From contig OX597814.1 of the NCBI GenBank assembly GCA_951406725.2, forward strand, positions 63,860,001-63,924,000: a DNA stretch of 64,000 nt. The letters run 5' to 3'. Both the position numbers and the translations under genes were made by a program. The notes below the pieces were generated by a model. It was not told the origin of the DNA and made no database searches. It saw nothing but the letters and a program-made list of their open reading frames with translations. Of the stretch, positions 25,403 to 38,900 are shown piece by piece. Positions within the stretch are counted from its first letter, which is position 1, and each line of letters begins with the position of its first letter. Origin of the DNA: Octopus vulgaris (Eukaryota).

Positions 25403-26699
25403 TATATGGGCACAACTGTAAACAATACGAAGTACGAAAACAAGCGAGTTAAATACGCAAACAACGAGAGAAAAAACTTGAAAACGGGACAAGTAACGCA
25501 AAGAAGGACCTTTCTGTTTTGCATTTAGGTATCGCTTACTTTGTCGTCACGATGACGTACTGGAATCCTAGACTTTATTATTTTACCAACTCCGAAGGAT
25601 GAAAGGCCAATATGATCTAGGTGCAGTTTGAACTCATAACATACAACACTTTGAACTAAATACAGCAAAAGTTTTTTCGAACAAAATGCATCAAAAGTTT
25701 TTGTCCGATATTCTAGCGATTTTACCTATCCATTGCCTAGAGAATACATTTTACATCATACTCTGCCGCTAAACACAACGTTGCCCTGATAGCAGCAGAA
25801 TCAGATGACCATCGACAGTACTGACTGCCTTTTAATGAAACCAAGAATGCATATCACAATATTCTTGAGACTAACAGTGAATATGGGGCTTGCCGTGGAC
25901 ATAATTCTTCAACAGTATTCTGTTTGACAGTCTGTATATAGAAAAATATGAAACCCAATAATTGTTATAGTCTGGGCTGAAAGCTCAAGACGCAAAACAA
26001 GAAAAGCTAAAATTTTGGCCATACACATATGAACTGTGGAAGAGAGATTTAGTTGAGCTATGATTCTGGACATGACTGTATTTCCGAAAATAGCTTCAAT
26101 AGGCAACTGTTCTCTCTTTTCAACACTGAATAATTCAGACATCGTTTGCAGAGCATCAGAAAATACAATATTGCACATAAAAACGTTTCCTTTCGAAGCA
26201 AGATGAACGTAAGCATTAGCATGAATCTTACTTCTTTAAATTCATGTTAACGCTAACTTTTAAATTTGTAAAGAGCAAATCTTTCTTGAGATTGGATAAT
26301 TTTACCTCCGTCTCTTTGAATAAGCCTGGATTTTGTACTTCCAGTTTGATGGTGACCTCAAGAAAACGGTTGATAATAGAAGCATCATCTCCCGAAGAGT
26401 GTGGCTTTGCCCCTTAAACAATTTGGGATGCCCCATGCAAAGACCCACGTCAAAAGTTTCGAATACGCATTGGAGTCTTTATCTATTATTTAATTTTAAA
26501 TTGTTATTGATATAATAAAGACCTTACAGACCATACATGCACGTAGTTTCAATGCACCTGAATGTAATGAATTTGCTGTTAATACAATGAGCTTTTGCAG
26601 TGCAACAAGAGTGTCACGTGGCTAAAGAAACATCATTCTGAAGCTTCATTTTGAAGTCTTTCTGCTTTTAGAAAGGCAAAATGGTCAACCATACTTTTT

Positions 26700-27152
<453 letters not shown>

Positions 27153-29226
27153 AAGATCCTATGATGTGCCTTATTATCCTTTTAGTTACGTCAATGTTGT
27201 AAGAGGATACCACTTTGAAATACCACTGATTAAGTTCCTCAAAATCTGTTGCATGCATAGACTTCTTTTTCTGCCCGTTCATGTTTCGTCATTCAACCTG
27301 TTGCGTAGATGTCCACCTCGCATTAACACTTGCAGCGAGCAAGTTTGATAAGATGCGGTTTGAGAGACTTTGCTACATTGAAATAAACAGAAAACCCGTA
27401 GACAATCTCTGAAATTCATTTAGAAGATAAAATCAGTAATGATGTTTGGGCACCTAGCTCCGTCTACTTTGATTCTTTCATCAACTTTTACCGTTAATCC
27501 TCGATATGTGTCCCAATGCGTACGTTATGCAATGAAACGTTGCCGTTTCTGCCGCACAGAACGATTTATTACTTTCAGCTGCAGCTCCAGTTGGAGAGAA
27601 AATCAAGATATGATCTTTCAGACCTGACAAACGATCGTCGTCATAATCTCTCTGACAGATTTTTTTTACTCTACAGTTAAATATGTCTGTTGGATTAGTA
27701 CTAAGATAACAAACAAACGGAGATGGCCAGTCAGATTCGGAAGATGAGCCCAGATAATAGAGGCACCCAAACGTATATTGGATAGTAATATCATGACCAA
27801 CAAATTTAATGCATGCATCAATAGTTGATATTTATCTCCACTTAAACGTAGATGTCCCATTAAAACAAACTATACTGCGGTAGTTACAATGAGAGAAACT
27901 CTCATATTGCACTTCTAATGCAAAATGCACTTCTTGATATCGCTTGCAAGGAGATAAATCCCCGCTACATTCAGAGTCGAAGCCACCAGGCCACATGAAT
28001 TCGATCTTGTTTGGTCTTGTCAGTGATGGACACTCGGCTACTATCGGCGAAGTTACTCAATTCCAGTATGAAGAATACATCAAAATTAATGAAAATTTCA
28101 GGCACACATTTATCTCACAAGTTTATGATGATACATTGAAACTCGACGACTGTAAAGCAAGCAAGGAGTTTAATTAAGCAACTACTTCAGAGCAAGACAA
28201 CATCCAAGGCACACAACACTTTCAATCTTTTCAAGATGTATTAGTAGTGCCTAACAAACATTGCTATCATATCAGAAGAAGAAACAAAGTCCCTTACTTT
28301 GAGGTGAACTTGGTATTAAAAGAAGATATAATGTACACTTCAGCAAAAATGAATACTTCATTCTAAGACTTATTTTTATGCATCAGATAGTCCATGGTCA
28401 TTTCAAAATATTTGTACAGTCAATGGCAAAAGGAGTTCTACCTATGGGGACAATTGTTAAAGACTGATGGTTATGAAGAGTAACAGTTTTAGAAGTTTCT
28501 CAACCTCAAACGCGATAACGTTAAAATGTTGTGAGTAATCTAATCGACTTCCGCTTTTGCTTATGTACTCTGTTGAACTTCCGGATGAGTTTGAGCATTC
28601 AATTCAAAAGATCTGCCGCAGCATATAAGCAAGGTACACAGATATATGTTTCTGGAGAAATCCATTGGAGTTCTTCTACATTGAATACATCTTCACTCAG
28701 CACAATTCTAAGTCATTTTTACTGCATTCTCAGCTGGGGCTTAGACACACACACACATATACACACACGCACACACACACACACACTTACACACACATGT
28801 GCACTCATGCATATATGTATGCATCTGTGTTTATGTATACATATATATGTATATTTACGTATGTGTGTATGTGTGTATGTATATTTACGTATACATGCAC
28901 ACGCGTATATAATTGTGTGTGTGCGTGCGTGTATATGTAGGGGAGATTAGGAGAATTCTAAGCGATTAACAGTGTTTTGGACCTATTTGTTAAGTGGATT
29001 TGGGAATTGATGTGGCTGGAAGAAGAAATATTCTCACTCTTTAGTTACAGTTCTGTTTTAAGTATCTTCAACTCCTGTTATGTCTAGAGTTGCGTTTCAC
29101 CATTTCGAAGTGAATAAGATAACATACTACGCAAATGCTGGAGGAAGAGGACAAAATTTGACGAGAGACCTTCCGCTAATGTATTCTAAACGATATCCAA
29201 TTTGCAGTGAACATTTACGTAAATGA

Positions 29227-29290
<64 letters not shown>

Positions 29291-29333
29291 CTATCTCTCT
29301 ATCTATCTATCCGCCTTGCACTCTTTCAATCAC

Positions 29334-29418
<85 letters not shown>

Positions 29419-29891
29419 CACACACACATGCACACACACTCATACACTCACCTATACACACACACAGGTACACATTAACGCATGCATCGTTATACGCTCA
29501 GTCTGTCCGAAAGATGTTAATTTCTGGCTAAATGCTATCAGAAGATATATTATTTCTCTACTCCTTGACGTCATTAGTTGTGTCTACAACAAGTGCAGAC
29601 GGTTTTATCAAAGCCTATAACGTTTTTTTAGCAATCTACTCACCAACATTTAATTTCACACACTGAAATCAAGGAAATTGTTTTTCGCTTTTAAAGTTTG
29701 ATATAATGAAGACATTTCAAGATAAGCGTATCCATTAGTTTGTTAACAGACAGTATATAGTTTAGTAGACGAATACTGTTGAACGCATATTTTAGTACTT
29801 AGATATGTCTGCATAAGTTTTTGAGTTCTCAAGTCACGTTAATCGATTATATCCCTCATATTTTCATGAAACAAATCAATAATAAGGTATA

Positions 29892-30427
29892 GAAGGTTAT
29901 TGAAAAAGAATGAACCGATTTCATTACGCAATATTTTAATAAGGAAAACCAAAAGAAAACTCCAGCTAAATCACAAGTATTTATTCACAATCAACTTTTA
30001 TTTCCTGTCTTACAAGTGTTCAATGTGGCCACCACCTGCAGCATGGGCAACATGAATGCGATAAGAGTATTCCTCCCAGACGCGTATGTGTTTGGCCTGT
30101 GAGATCCCCAGACCTCACCGTGTGTGATTTTTTTCTTGCGGGCATATGTAAAAGATCGCGTTTATGTTCCACCGCTACCCACTGACCTCGATGACCTTCA
30201 ACATCGAATAACAACAGCAATGAACTCAGTGGATCGTGGTATGTTGTTACGCGTCTGGGAGGAATTCTCTTATCGCATTGATGTTTCCCGTGCTACATTG
30301 AACATTTGTAAGACGAAATAAAAGTTGTTTGTGAGTAAATACTTCTGAGCTAGCTGCAGTTTTTTATTGCTTTTCCTTATTAAGATATTGCATAATGAAA
30401 TCGGTTAATTCTTTTTGAATAACCTTA
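29892..30427 (+). mobile_element. Tc1/mariner-derived fold-back MITE
   Basis: Inverted arms of about 190 bp (AAGGTTATT...AATAACCTT) with TA flanks. Internal remnant WPVRSPDLTVCDFFL..YVKDRVY. Confidence 0.9.
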
Positions 30428-30718
30428 TATCATAATGGTCTGAAGTCTATAAAAGTGAATCTGGTATAAAAATATGGCACAAATGCTTTGTTCCAATTTG
30501 AAATTGGGTTTGTTTTCCTTTGTTGCTAAGTTCAGTGTTCAAGTTCAGGTATATGTCATCTTTATTTACCACTTCCCAAAATTCCATCAAACGAGTATCG
30601 ATGGACTTAACTATTATTTCCGTCGACAACTGATGTTCTGTAATAATTTGTGTATTGCGCAAAATATATAACTCAAAACATCACACTGAAAACTGGCGGC
30701 TAATTATATTACAGGTTA

Positions 30719-30896
30719 CCACGTGAAAAACACTTAGGTTGCATAGTTGAGATCAATTTATACTTGAGTCAATATGGTGATTTTATGAAATTATGCTATG
30801 TAAAATAGAGTTAGTCTCCGGAGAGGGGATGCGCAGCTGCCATTTTTAAACTCCACTCATTTCTTTCACATTGACCGGAAATACATTTTGGTGAGT
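30719..30896 (+). promoter_or_regulatory. Candidate Pol II promoter / first-exon end
   Basis: CACGTG E-box, GCCATTTT (YY1-like), ACCGGAAAT (ETS-like) and G|GTGAGT donor at 30891, in apparently non-repetitive sequence. Confidence 0.35.
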
Positions 30897-31056
30897 ATGT
30901 TTTCTTTGTCGTTAATGTTGACTGAAGGCAATATGGTACTACGATAGATAAAATACCCTATGCTGTTTAGTTACGTTCTTGTGGTTTTTAGTTACGTTCC
31001 TTTTGTTTATATCTTTTAACCTTCTTGAGATTAACTTTGCATTTATCCCTTGCTAG

Positions 31057-31181
31057 GTGGACAAGAAATAAGTTTGATATAGCCAACTGTGCACTTTTTA
31101 ATCTTGTGACTAAATCGTTTTCTACAGTAATAGCAACATTAGAAGCAGAAAATCGGGTAGAAAAAGACTATCATTAACAAG
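31057..31181 (+). other. Candidate non-coding exon
   Basis: TTAAC branch-like motif, pyrimidine tract, TAG|G acceptor and AAG|GTAAAT donor. No ATG. Confidence 0.35.
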
Positions 31182-34100
31182 GTAAATTTCATAACAATAG
31201 CAACAAAAGTAAAAAGGTAACACCAATTAACTGTAAGAAAAACCTCAGTAGAAACATTAGAAACCACAAACAACAAAGGTAAAGACACAATGGAGCAGTG
31301 CCAATGCAGTCGCTCACTTTGCTAAAATTAACCACCAAATCTGCCACGAATTAGACTCATTAGAAGATCTGAGTGACCTAACTATTCGGGATAACGCAGG
31401 ATCGGACACCCTACATTATTCGTCTCCAAAATTTTCACAAATAAGGGAATTGTTTATTTACATGTATTTTCTAACAAGTTCCACACTATTTAAAAATCTA
31501 ACCTCTCAAAAATTTAGCTTACTAACCAAAGAGAAAATCTGTTTTCCCTGTTCCAGCTCTCAATTGAGTAACTGAATACTTGCGCATTTTATATGGCAGC
31601 ATTTTCAAATTGTATTCAAATTGTTTTGAACAAAATTCAGAAAGCCCCGTTGTGAGTCCTCTAGGAAACCGTGGACACCAGGCTTGGGATCGCTGCTCTG
31701 TATCTTACAAATGAGCTAAAAGAAATTTTAAAAGCATAAAATCCTCAAAACCAGACAAAATTGCAAACAAACCCTAAAATAACTACGACCGGAAGGGTTT
31801 GCTTCACTCACCAACGACTATAAAAACTATTTCTTGCAACAGATAACTTTCCAGAATTTAGGAACTGGACAAACTTATAAGTCTCAAAAATATGTCAAAA
31901 CAAGTAAAATGATACAGGACCATAACCCTCCTATGCTCACGCACTTTTTTGAAAGACTTATTCATGACATATCTAATCTCACATATACATCATCAACTCA
32001 CAACAAAAATTATAGAAACAAAACACAATCAGCACACGCACAGATCCAACACAGAAAATAAATGACAGCATCAATATCAGTTAACCTTCTATGCATACCA
32101 TTCTTACAACCATTAGTAGCAAGTAAACTTTCAGCTTTATTCTACACTAAATACAAATTTTAAAAAAGAAATATAATTCCTACTAGCAAGCTACATGTTA
32201 TGTAAAAGACCATTTCTAAAACTCCGGTCTTTCACACTTATCCACTTATATGTACACAAAGTCACCACCGCTCTGCAAATGACATCATACTCACACGTGT
32301 GTATTCAACATTGGCTAAATCATCAAGAAACCTGACTCTACATTAACAGTCTTAAAATAGTATGGTGCCAAAATCCAAAGTCCCCACCAGAGAACCTTTG
32401 TTATCAACATCACCAACACATGGGAACATCAAATACAGCCAATCAAAGGCTTCAGCAAAACAGACATTAGATGCTACATGCAATTTATCCTCAATGTGTT
32501 TAATTTTTTTTTCTTTTGTGTGTGTGTGTGTTTTGTATGTATGTGTATGTATAAGACAGAGTAAAGAACGAAAGGCCAAGAACAATCCCATGTTCCACAT
32601 TTGGTAACAGAAGAAAGCAACGAAGTTGTATACACAATACATTAAATACATCACGAACTATGATAGTCTAGACTTTAGCCCATATTTCTCTACAAAAACT
32701 ACAATAAAGTTCTTCTTTTATATCTGCATGATATCTTTAGGATGGGGTCCACTTCAATGGGAACCTTCATATGTGCAAGCAAATGGTAGAATGTATATGT
32801 GTGCATATTGAGTTGGTAGTAATATAGTGTTCTAGATTGATGTGACAATTGTGTATTCCAGTCGGTGTTTCACTTTACATGTCGTCGAAGCCAGAAAGAT
32901 TAGTGGTGATTTGGGTTCTACCGTATTTATGTCGTCCATTGCCTATTGGCACAAATTGGCTGTCTATTGCATAGGCCTTTACTAAATGGCTAGTGCTTTA
33001 GTTTTTAAACTCCAGAAGGATAACAGAGAAAAGTACATTCGGCTAGATTTAAAGCCAGAATGCAAAGAGTCAGAACAAATGCCACAAAGTATTTTGTTCG
33101 ACGTTCTAACTACCCTGCCAATCCAGCAATCGAACCAAAATAAACTAAATGATACGTGAAACAGTCGTCTAAGCACTATAAGAAGTTACACAGAGGTCAT
33201 GTACCCCCATAAATAGACATACTAAAAATGCAAAACTACCTCGACAAACAAAGGGCATAGTTGAAAGCTGCAACAAATGTTAAAGCCCAAGTCCTTGTCC
33301 CTCCACGAAAAACTACCAACACCCAGACACATATACAATATCCAAGAGCACTGCTCCAACAGCACCCTGAAAATATCATCTCCTCTATATGGATGCATCA
33401 GCGTCTTGAAAACGTATTTCACCCGGCGTGCAAACGATTCTGCCAGCTTACCGTCTTGAAAATAGTAATAATAATAACCACAATGATAGTAGCAAATGAT
33501 GTAGTAGCAATATCAGCAAAACTCCATCAGCAAGGCCAACCACATCAGAACATCATGGGCAAAACTAATAACAGCAACAGTATAAACCGCATTCGTCAAA
33601 CAACAGCAACACACTGGGCATCAGCATCATCACTACAATAATCATCAACAAGCAGCACGAGATAACGATGGGGCCCCTACATGGTCGTTCGAGCTGTTTA
33701 AAACAAAAGACAAATGTTCTTCAAATGACACGACATTATCATCTTAGAAAAGAGCATACTCAATTCCCTACACGTGAGAAAATGACTGTATAATCACAGC
33801 TGCAATGCTTTTCATCACAGTTATGTGATCAGTCCTGTCCCAGGATAAATAATAGCAACAGCTTTGAAAACTTTCTCCCTTACGGTTGCTCGATCTACTG
33901 GTAACAACAGCCAAATTTCACTTAAACACACAAAACACGCATTGGATGGTGATACAGCTTTAGATACACTTAGGTGGAAAAAGACGGGATAGTCATCACT
34001 TTGCAGCATAAATCAGTGCAAACAGAACTACCCTTAAGCGAAACAACAACAACAGCAACAATAAGTTATGGTAACCGTTTTGAAAGAACAGAAACAACAA

Positions 34101-34682
34101 TTAGTAATAGAATCAACGTGTTGAATAGAAAATAGCGATTAAAACAACAACAAATACAATAGCAACAAAAGATGAATTGATAACAGCGTTAAGTGAGAAC
34201 AGAAGTGATACCGACGGCAGCATTGACTGCAGTAGCTGTTGCATTAGCAGTTACAGTAGGAACAACTATAACTGCAGCAGTAATAACATCAACAATAAAT
34301 ACAGCACCATCACCACCAATAGCAACATTAATCCTGCTCGTCAACAAGAAAAGCTCTAACTGCTCTGTTATCCTAGTAAAAACAGTAGCCAACGCATTGA
34401 ATGCTGTAGTCAGGGTACACTCTATCCAATAAAAAAAGAATCGGGATAGTCATGGCTGGAATAATTTTGAGATACTCAATTAGGACTACATGAAAACAAT
34501 AACTTCGCCGTTGGTAAGAAGAGCGGCAGGCAACTCATCAACTACAAAATTAACATGTGCAACAACAGCAAATGTAAACAATGCAACAAAGCAACTGCAC
34601 AGCATGAAGCATACCAGTAGTAGCAACGATAGCAACAATGTTACAGTTTCTACCATTGCGAATGGAAATAATAACAATAACA

Positions 34683-35105
34683 GAGTGGCTGGCGTAATTG
34701 TGTGGTAAGAAGATTGCTTCTCAACCACATGATTAGGGGGTTCAGTCCCAGTGCGTGGCACCTTCGGCAAGTATCTTGTACTGTAGCCTTGGTCCAACCA
34801 AAACCTTATGAGTGGATTTGGTAGATTGAAACTTGAAGAAACCTTTCTCATTATGTCTCTATCTATCTATGTGTGTGTGCCTGTGTGACTGTGTTTGTGC
34901 CCCCTCGATAACCGGTATTGGTGTGTTTACATCCCCATAAAACTAGAGGTTCGGCAAAAAAAAAAAATAAAGCTGATAGAATAAGTACCTGACTTTCAAA
35001 CATAAGTACTGGGGTTGATACATTCGACTAGAAATTCTTCAACGTGGTGCTCCAGCATGACCGCAGTCTGATAACTGAAACAAGTAAAACGGAAAGTTAA
35101 AAGAC
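34683..35105 (+). mobile_element. SINE family B
   Basis: Similarity to the other copies. Confidence 0.85.
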
Positions 35106-35613
35106 AAAAAAAGAAGAGTGACGATAGTTACTCTTAATATTGTTATTGTAGTTGAAAGCAGTAAGAGTAGCACTAATAGGGTAGCTATAACAACAATATC
35201 AACAATAAAATTAGCAACAAGTTTCTATTATGACAGCAATATTTATTCCACGGTGCAACAATAATGCCAACAACAGCCAGATCGCAAAGAGAGCGTTTAT
35301 ATGGTCGTTCGACCAACTAGAAATAGCAATTCAATCTACCTAAAATTGCTCTTTATTGCATTAAATAAGGAAAGGCTATATGGGAATACCATGACAGGAT
35401 AGCTACGACTGTGATATTTAGGAACATAGAGCTTCTCCAGCAGGGCTATTCTATTAGTGCTAATTAACTCTAACATCAGTTTCTACAATTAGCAACAGTA
35501 GGGGTATAATAAAAATAATATGACAAGAACAACGGCAATAATAATGACTGATGGAGTAATAGCGATAACAAACAGCTACACCGACAACATCATCAAAAAT
35601 AAATTAACTAAAA

Positions 35614-35985
35614 GGCGCAGGTGTGGCTGCGTGTTAAGAAGCTTGCTTCTCAGCTACATGGTTCCGGGTTCAGTCCCACTGCGTGGCACCTTGGGCAAGT
35701 GTCTTCTAATATAGACCCGGGCCGACCAAATCAGCGTGAGTGAATTTGGTAGACGGAAACTGAAATAAGCCCATGTATATATGTGTGTGTGTGGGGGGGG
35801 GGGGGTTATGCCTGTCTGTCCCCACCTCACCACTTGACAGTTGGTGTTGGTGTGTTTACCTTCCCGTAACTTAGTGGTTTGCCAAACGAGATTCGATAGA
35901 ATAAGTTCCAGGCTTAACAAAAAAACAACTACTGGAGTCGATATATTCGACTAAAAATCCTTCAAGGCGGTGCCCCAGCATGGCC
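35614..35985 (+). mobile_element. SINE family B
   Basis: Similarity to the other copies. Confidence 0.85.
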
Positions 35986-38900
35986 GAGTTGTCACTCGAC
36001 CTTCCAAAAATAGCAGCCAAATCTTCATTAAATAATCCCACTCCCACTTAACTTTAACAAGGAATGACACTTTGGATAATCCATTCTTAGATATCACACA
36101 CAAAAAAAAAAAATGCAGATTATTAAAGTTCGGAGTTCCTTTGATTATAGATTTGCTCAATTAGGATTGATCTGGGACTGGCTCAGCAACAGCAGCGACA
36201 ACATCAAGAATAACAACATCTGCAGTAGTATATTGCAGAGCAGGAAGCGAGTAGTGATTTGTTGCTTACGTTATACAATACATTATGAGTAATGCTGGAA
36301 CAGTTTTCAGTTTGAGATGGGACATTGGTCGCGATTGGTTAGTCTTATGGTTGCTATCAATACCGCCCTCTCTACTCATTCCCTCTCCAACATCACAGCA
36401 ACGATTACGACAACGACGAACACCCCCCACCATCGCCGCCACTATTCTTGCCAGCCAGCCTCAGAACACTTCCCCTACCACCACCAATACTACAGGCACA
36501 ACACACGCTCCTTGCTATTACCACAACCACTACCATTTTCAACACGGCCAGTAAAATCCAGAGTAACCAGTAAAATCTACCACCGCTTTCCAACCCTGTT
36601 GTTAAAAGCGTGCACAGCTGCGTGCAGAAGATTCCATAGGATAGCTCTTTGTATAGCAGCAGTTCTTTTCGACAGTAATGGTGGGGGGAAGTGTTAGTGG
36701 TAGTTGCGGTGTCGATGATGATGGTTAAAACATTGGTCGTGATAATGTTGTTGTTGGTGGTGGTAGTAGTAGCGGGTGGCGATGGTGGATGAGGTTGGGC
36801 TGACAGCGATAGTGTTGGTGTTGGTGCTGGTGACGGTTAACAAGATGCTCGTGATGGTGGTAGTATCGGTGGTGGGTTGATGGTAGTTGTAGTTGGAGTA
36901 TGGACGTTGATGGCGATGACAACGGCGACGGTGGTGGCGACATTGGAAGAAGTGGAAGAGTAGGTAGTAGTAGTTGCAGTATGAACAATGAAGGTGGTGT
37001 GCGGGGGGAGGGGTTGCTGGTGGTGGTGTTGGTGGTAGTATCAGTGGTGACGATGAAAGCAGTATCGGTGTTGGTGATGAAGGATATGGTTGCAGAAGTG
37101 ACCATCATAGTGAGAGCGTTGGGAGCAGTAACAGTGGAAATGGTAGTAGTGGTAGCAGTATCGGCTATGATAGTGATAACATTGGAATTAAGTTGTAATT
37201 GTGGTAACAGTACCGGTGATGGTGACGGTGATGGTGGTGGCGGTGGTAGTGGTGGTTGTAGGAGGAATTTGTGTAGACAGTTGTGGTACTGGTGACATTG
37301 CAGCGAGTAGCAGTGGCCATCATTGTGACAGTTGCGTTACTGATGTGCAACATTTTATTTGTCACAGTGGTGGTGTTAATGTTGTTATTGTTGGTGGTGA
37401 TGGTGTTGGTGGTGGTAGTGGTGTTAGTGTTGTTGTTGTTGGTGGTGGTGGAGTTAGATTTTGGTGATGTGGTGTTGGCATTCTTTGTAATGAAAAATGA
37501 AGAATTCCAGGTAGGAGTTTTGGTGACATAAGCGATTGTATTGTTGATGTTCGTGATGAAGCCGATGGATGTTGTTTTGGTAGTAACAGAGGTGAAGTGG
37601 TAGCAAGGAAGTTGGTTGGGCGAGATTGGTTGGGTTGGTGGTGGCAGAGAATGTGATGCTGGGTATGTTATGAACCAGTCTCTTCCTATGTGCAAGAAAC
37701 CTAGTATATTATTCAACGATTCCTTTATTCAAGACGATAGGATGTGATTTGAGGGATGATTCGTTGGTACTTCAGGGGTGATTCGTTGACCGCAATACTA
37801 TGTAGAGGCTCCCATATTAGCTCCAGGTGGTCGTAGTGATGATAATTGCACAAGTTTCTGGTATTATTGACGTTGTTACTTGCCAGATCAGTGCTAGTTG
37901 AGTAGGTCTGTTATCAAAAGCATTCCTGTATTTTCTTTAGATATAGCGTATTTGGTATTACATTCTCCGCTGTCTAACTTGTTCAAGTTGTTACTTGTGG
38001 TATTCAGTCCTGTTTTCTCCTAGTTTAGTTCAAATAACACCGCGGTTAAAATTGCTTTCAGAAGTCAATAGTTAAAGCACCCGTCCGGCACTTGAATCGA
38101 TTTCTCCCTCTACTTTTCTTCCCCAATTTCTCTTTTCACTCTGGATTCAAAAGTCTAGTCTAGCCTAAAAATTTTGTTTATAGAACACAAGATTGTAGAA
38201 TGTGCACTCACATACAAGATAGTTTCGCGAGTAATTCAGTTGGTGGAACATCTGAAGACCGGTCATTGAGAGTGACGTAAAATCCATTATCCAATCCCTT
38301 TCCCTTGTTTTCTTAAGAACGGGGAATATGATTTTAGGTATATTTGCATGTCTTAGAAGCTAACACGACCGCTAAGATTTGTTTCTTGTCAACAAATATT
38401 TGTGGTGGGTTTCTGTTTATGTTTTGTGAGCTGTAATAGTAATAGTTTATCAAATTTATGGTGACAATAGTGGTGCTAGAAATGACGGCAAGATATGATG
38501 GCAAGAGTTCTGCTGATACTAGATATGGTTGGTTTATGTGAGTTAATAGTTTTCTGATTTATAATTTACGATAGCAAATTTTGCTAAATTTGTTTGTGCT
38601 ATTTGATATAGTGTTATTCGTCACGTATTTCTTTTTTGTTTGTTTGCTTTTTCGTTGAAATCCAGGTCAGCCTTGATTGGGAAGAGCTATGATCAATGGT
38701 ATTCTTCCCGCGATCAATTCATTCAGGAAGAGTGTATCATCATCAATGTGCACTTCACTCGTTAAGACGATAGTGTATGATGTTCATAAGTTTCGCTGCT
38801 GTTTCTTGGAAGCCGTCTACTGTATACATGCGCCTTAATGATTTGTGTTAACCGTTGATTTTTATGAGTGGAAGATGGTGAATTGCGTGTCAATTCGATA

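Larger units (their letters stand above)
33460..37620. repeat. Decayed CAA/CAG/CAC-rich then GTT/GGT-rich low-complexity domain with old interspersed repeats
   Basis: Direct inspection. Strand polarity flips near 36.65 kb. Confidence 0.75.

Noticed and set aside
36285-37716. Thr-rich mucin-like or Val/Gly-rich ORFs
   Set aside because: They arise on both strands from decayed GGT/GTT repeats, with no splice or domain evidence.
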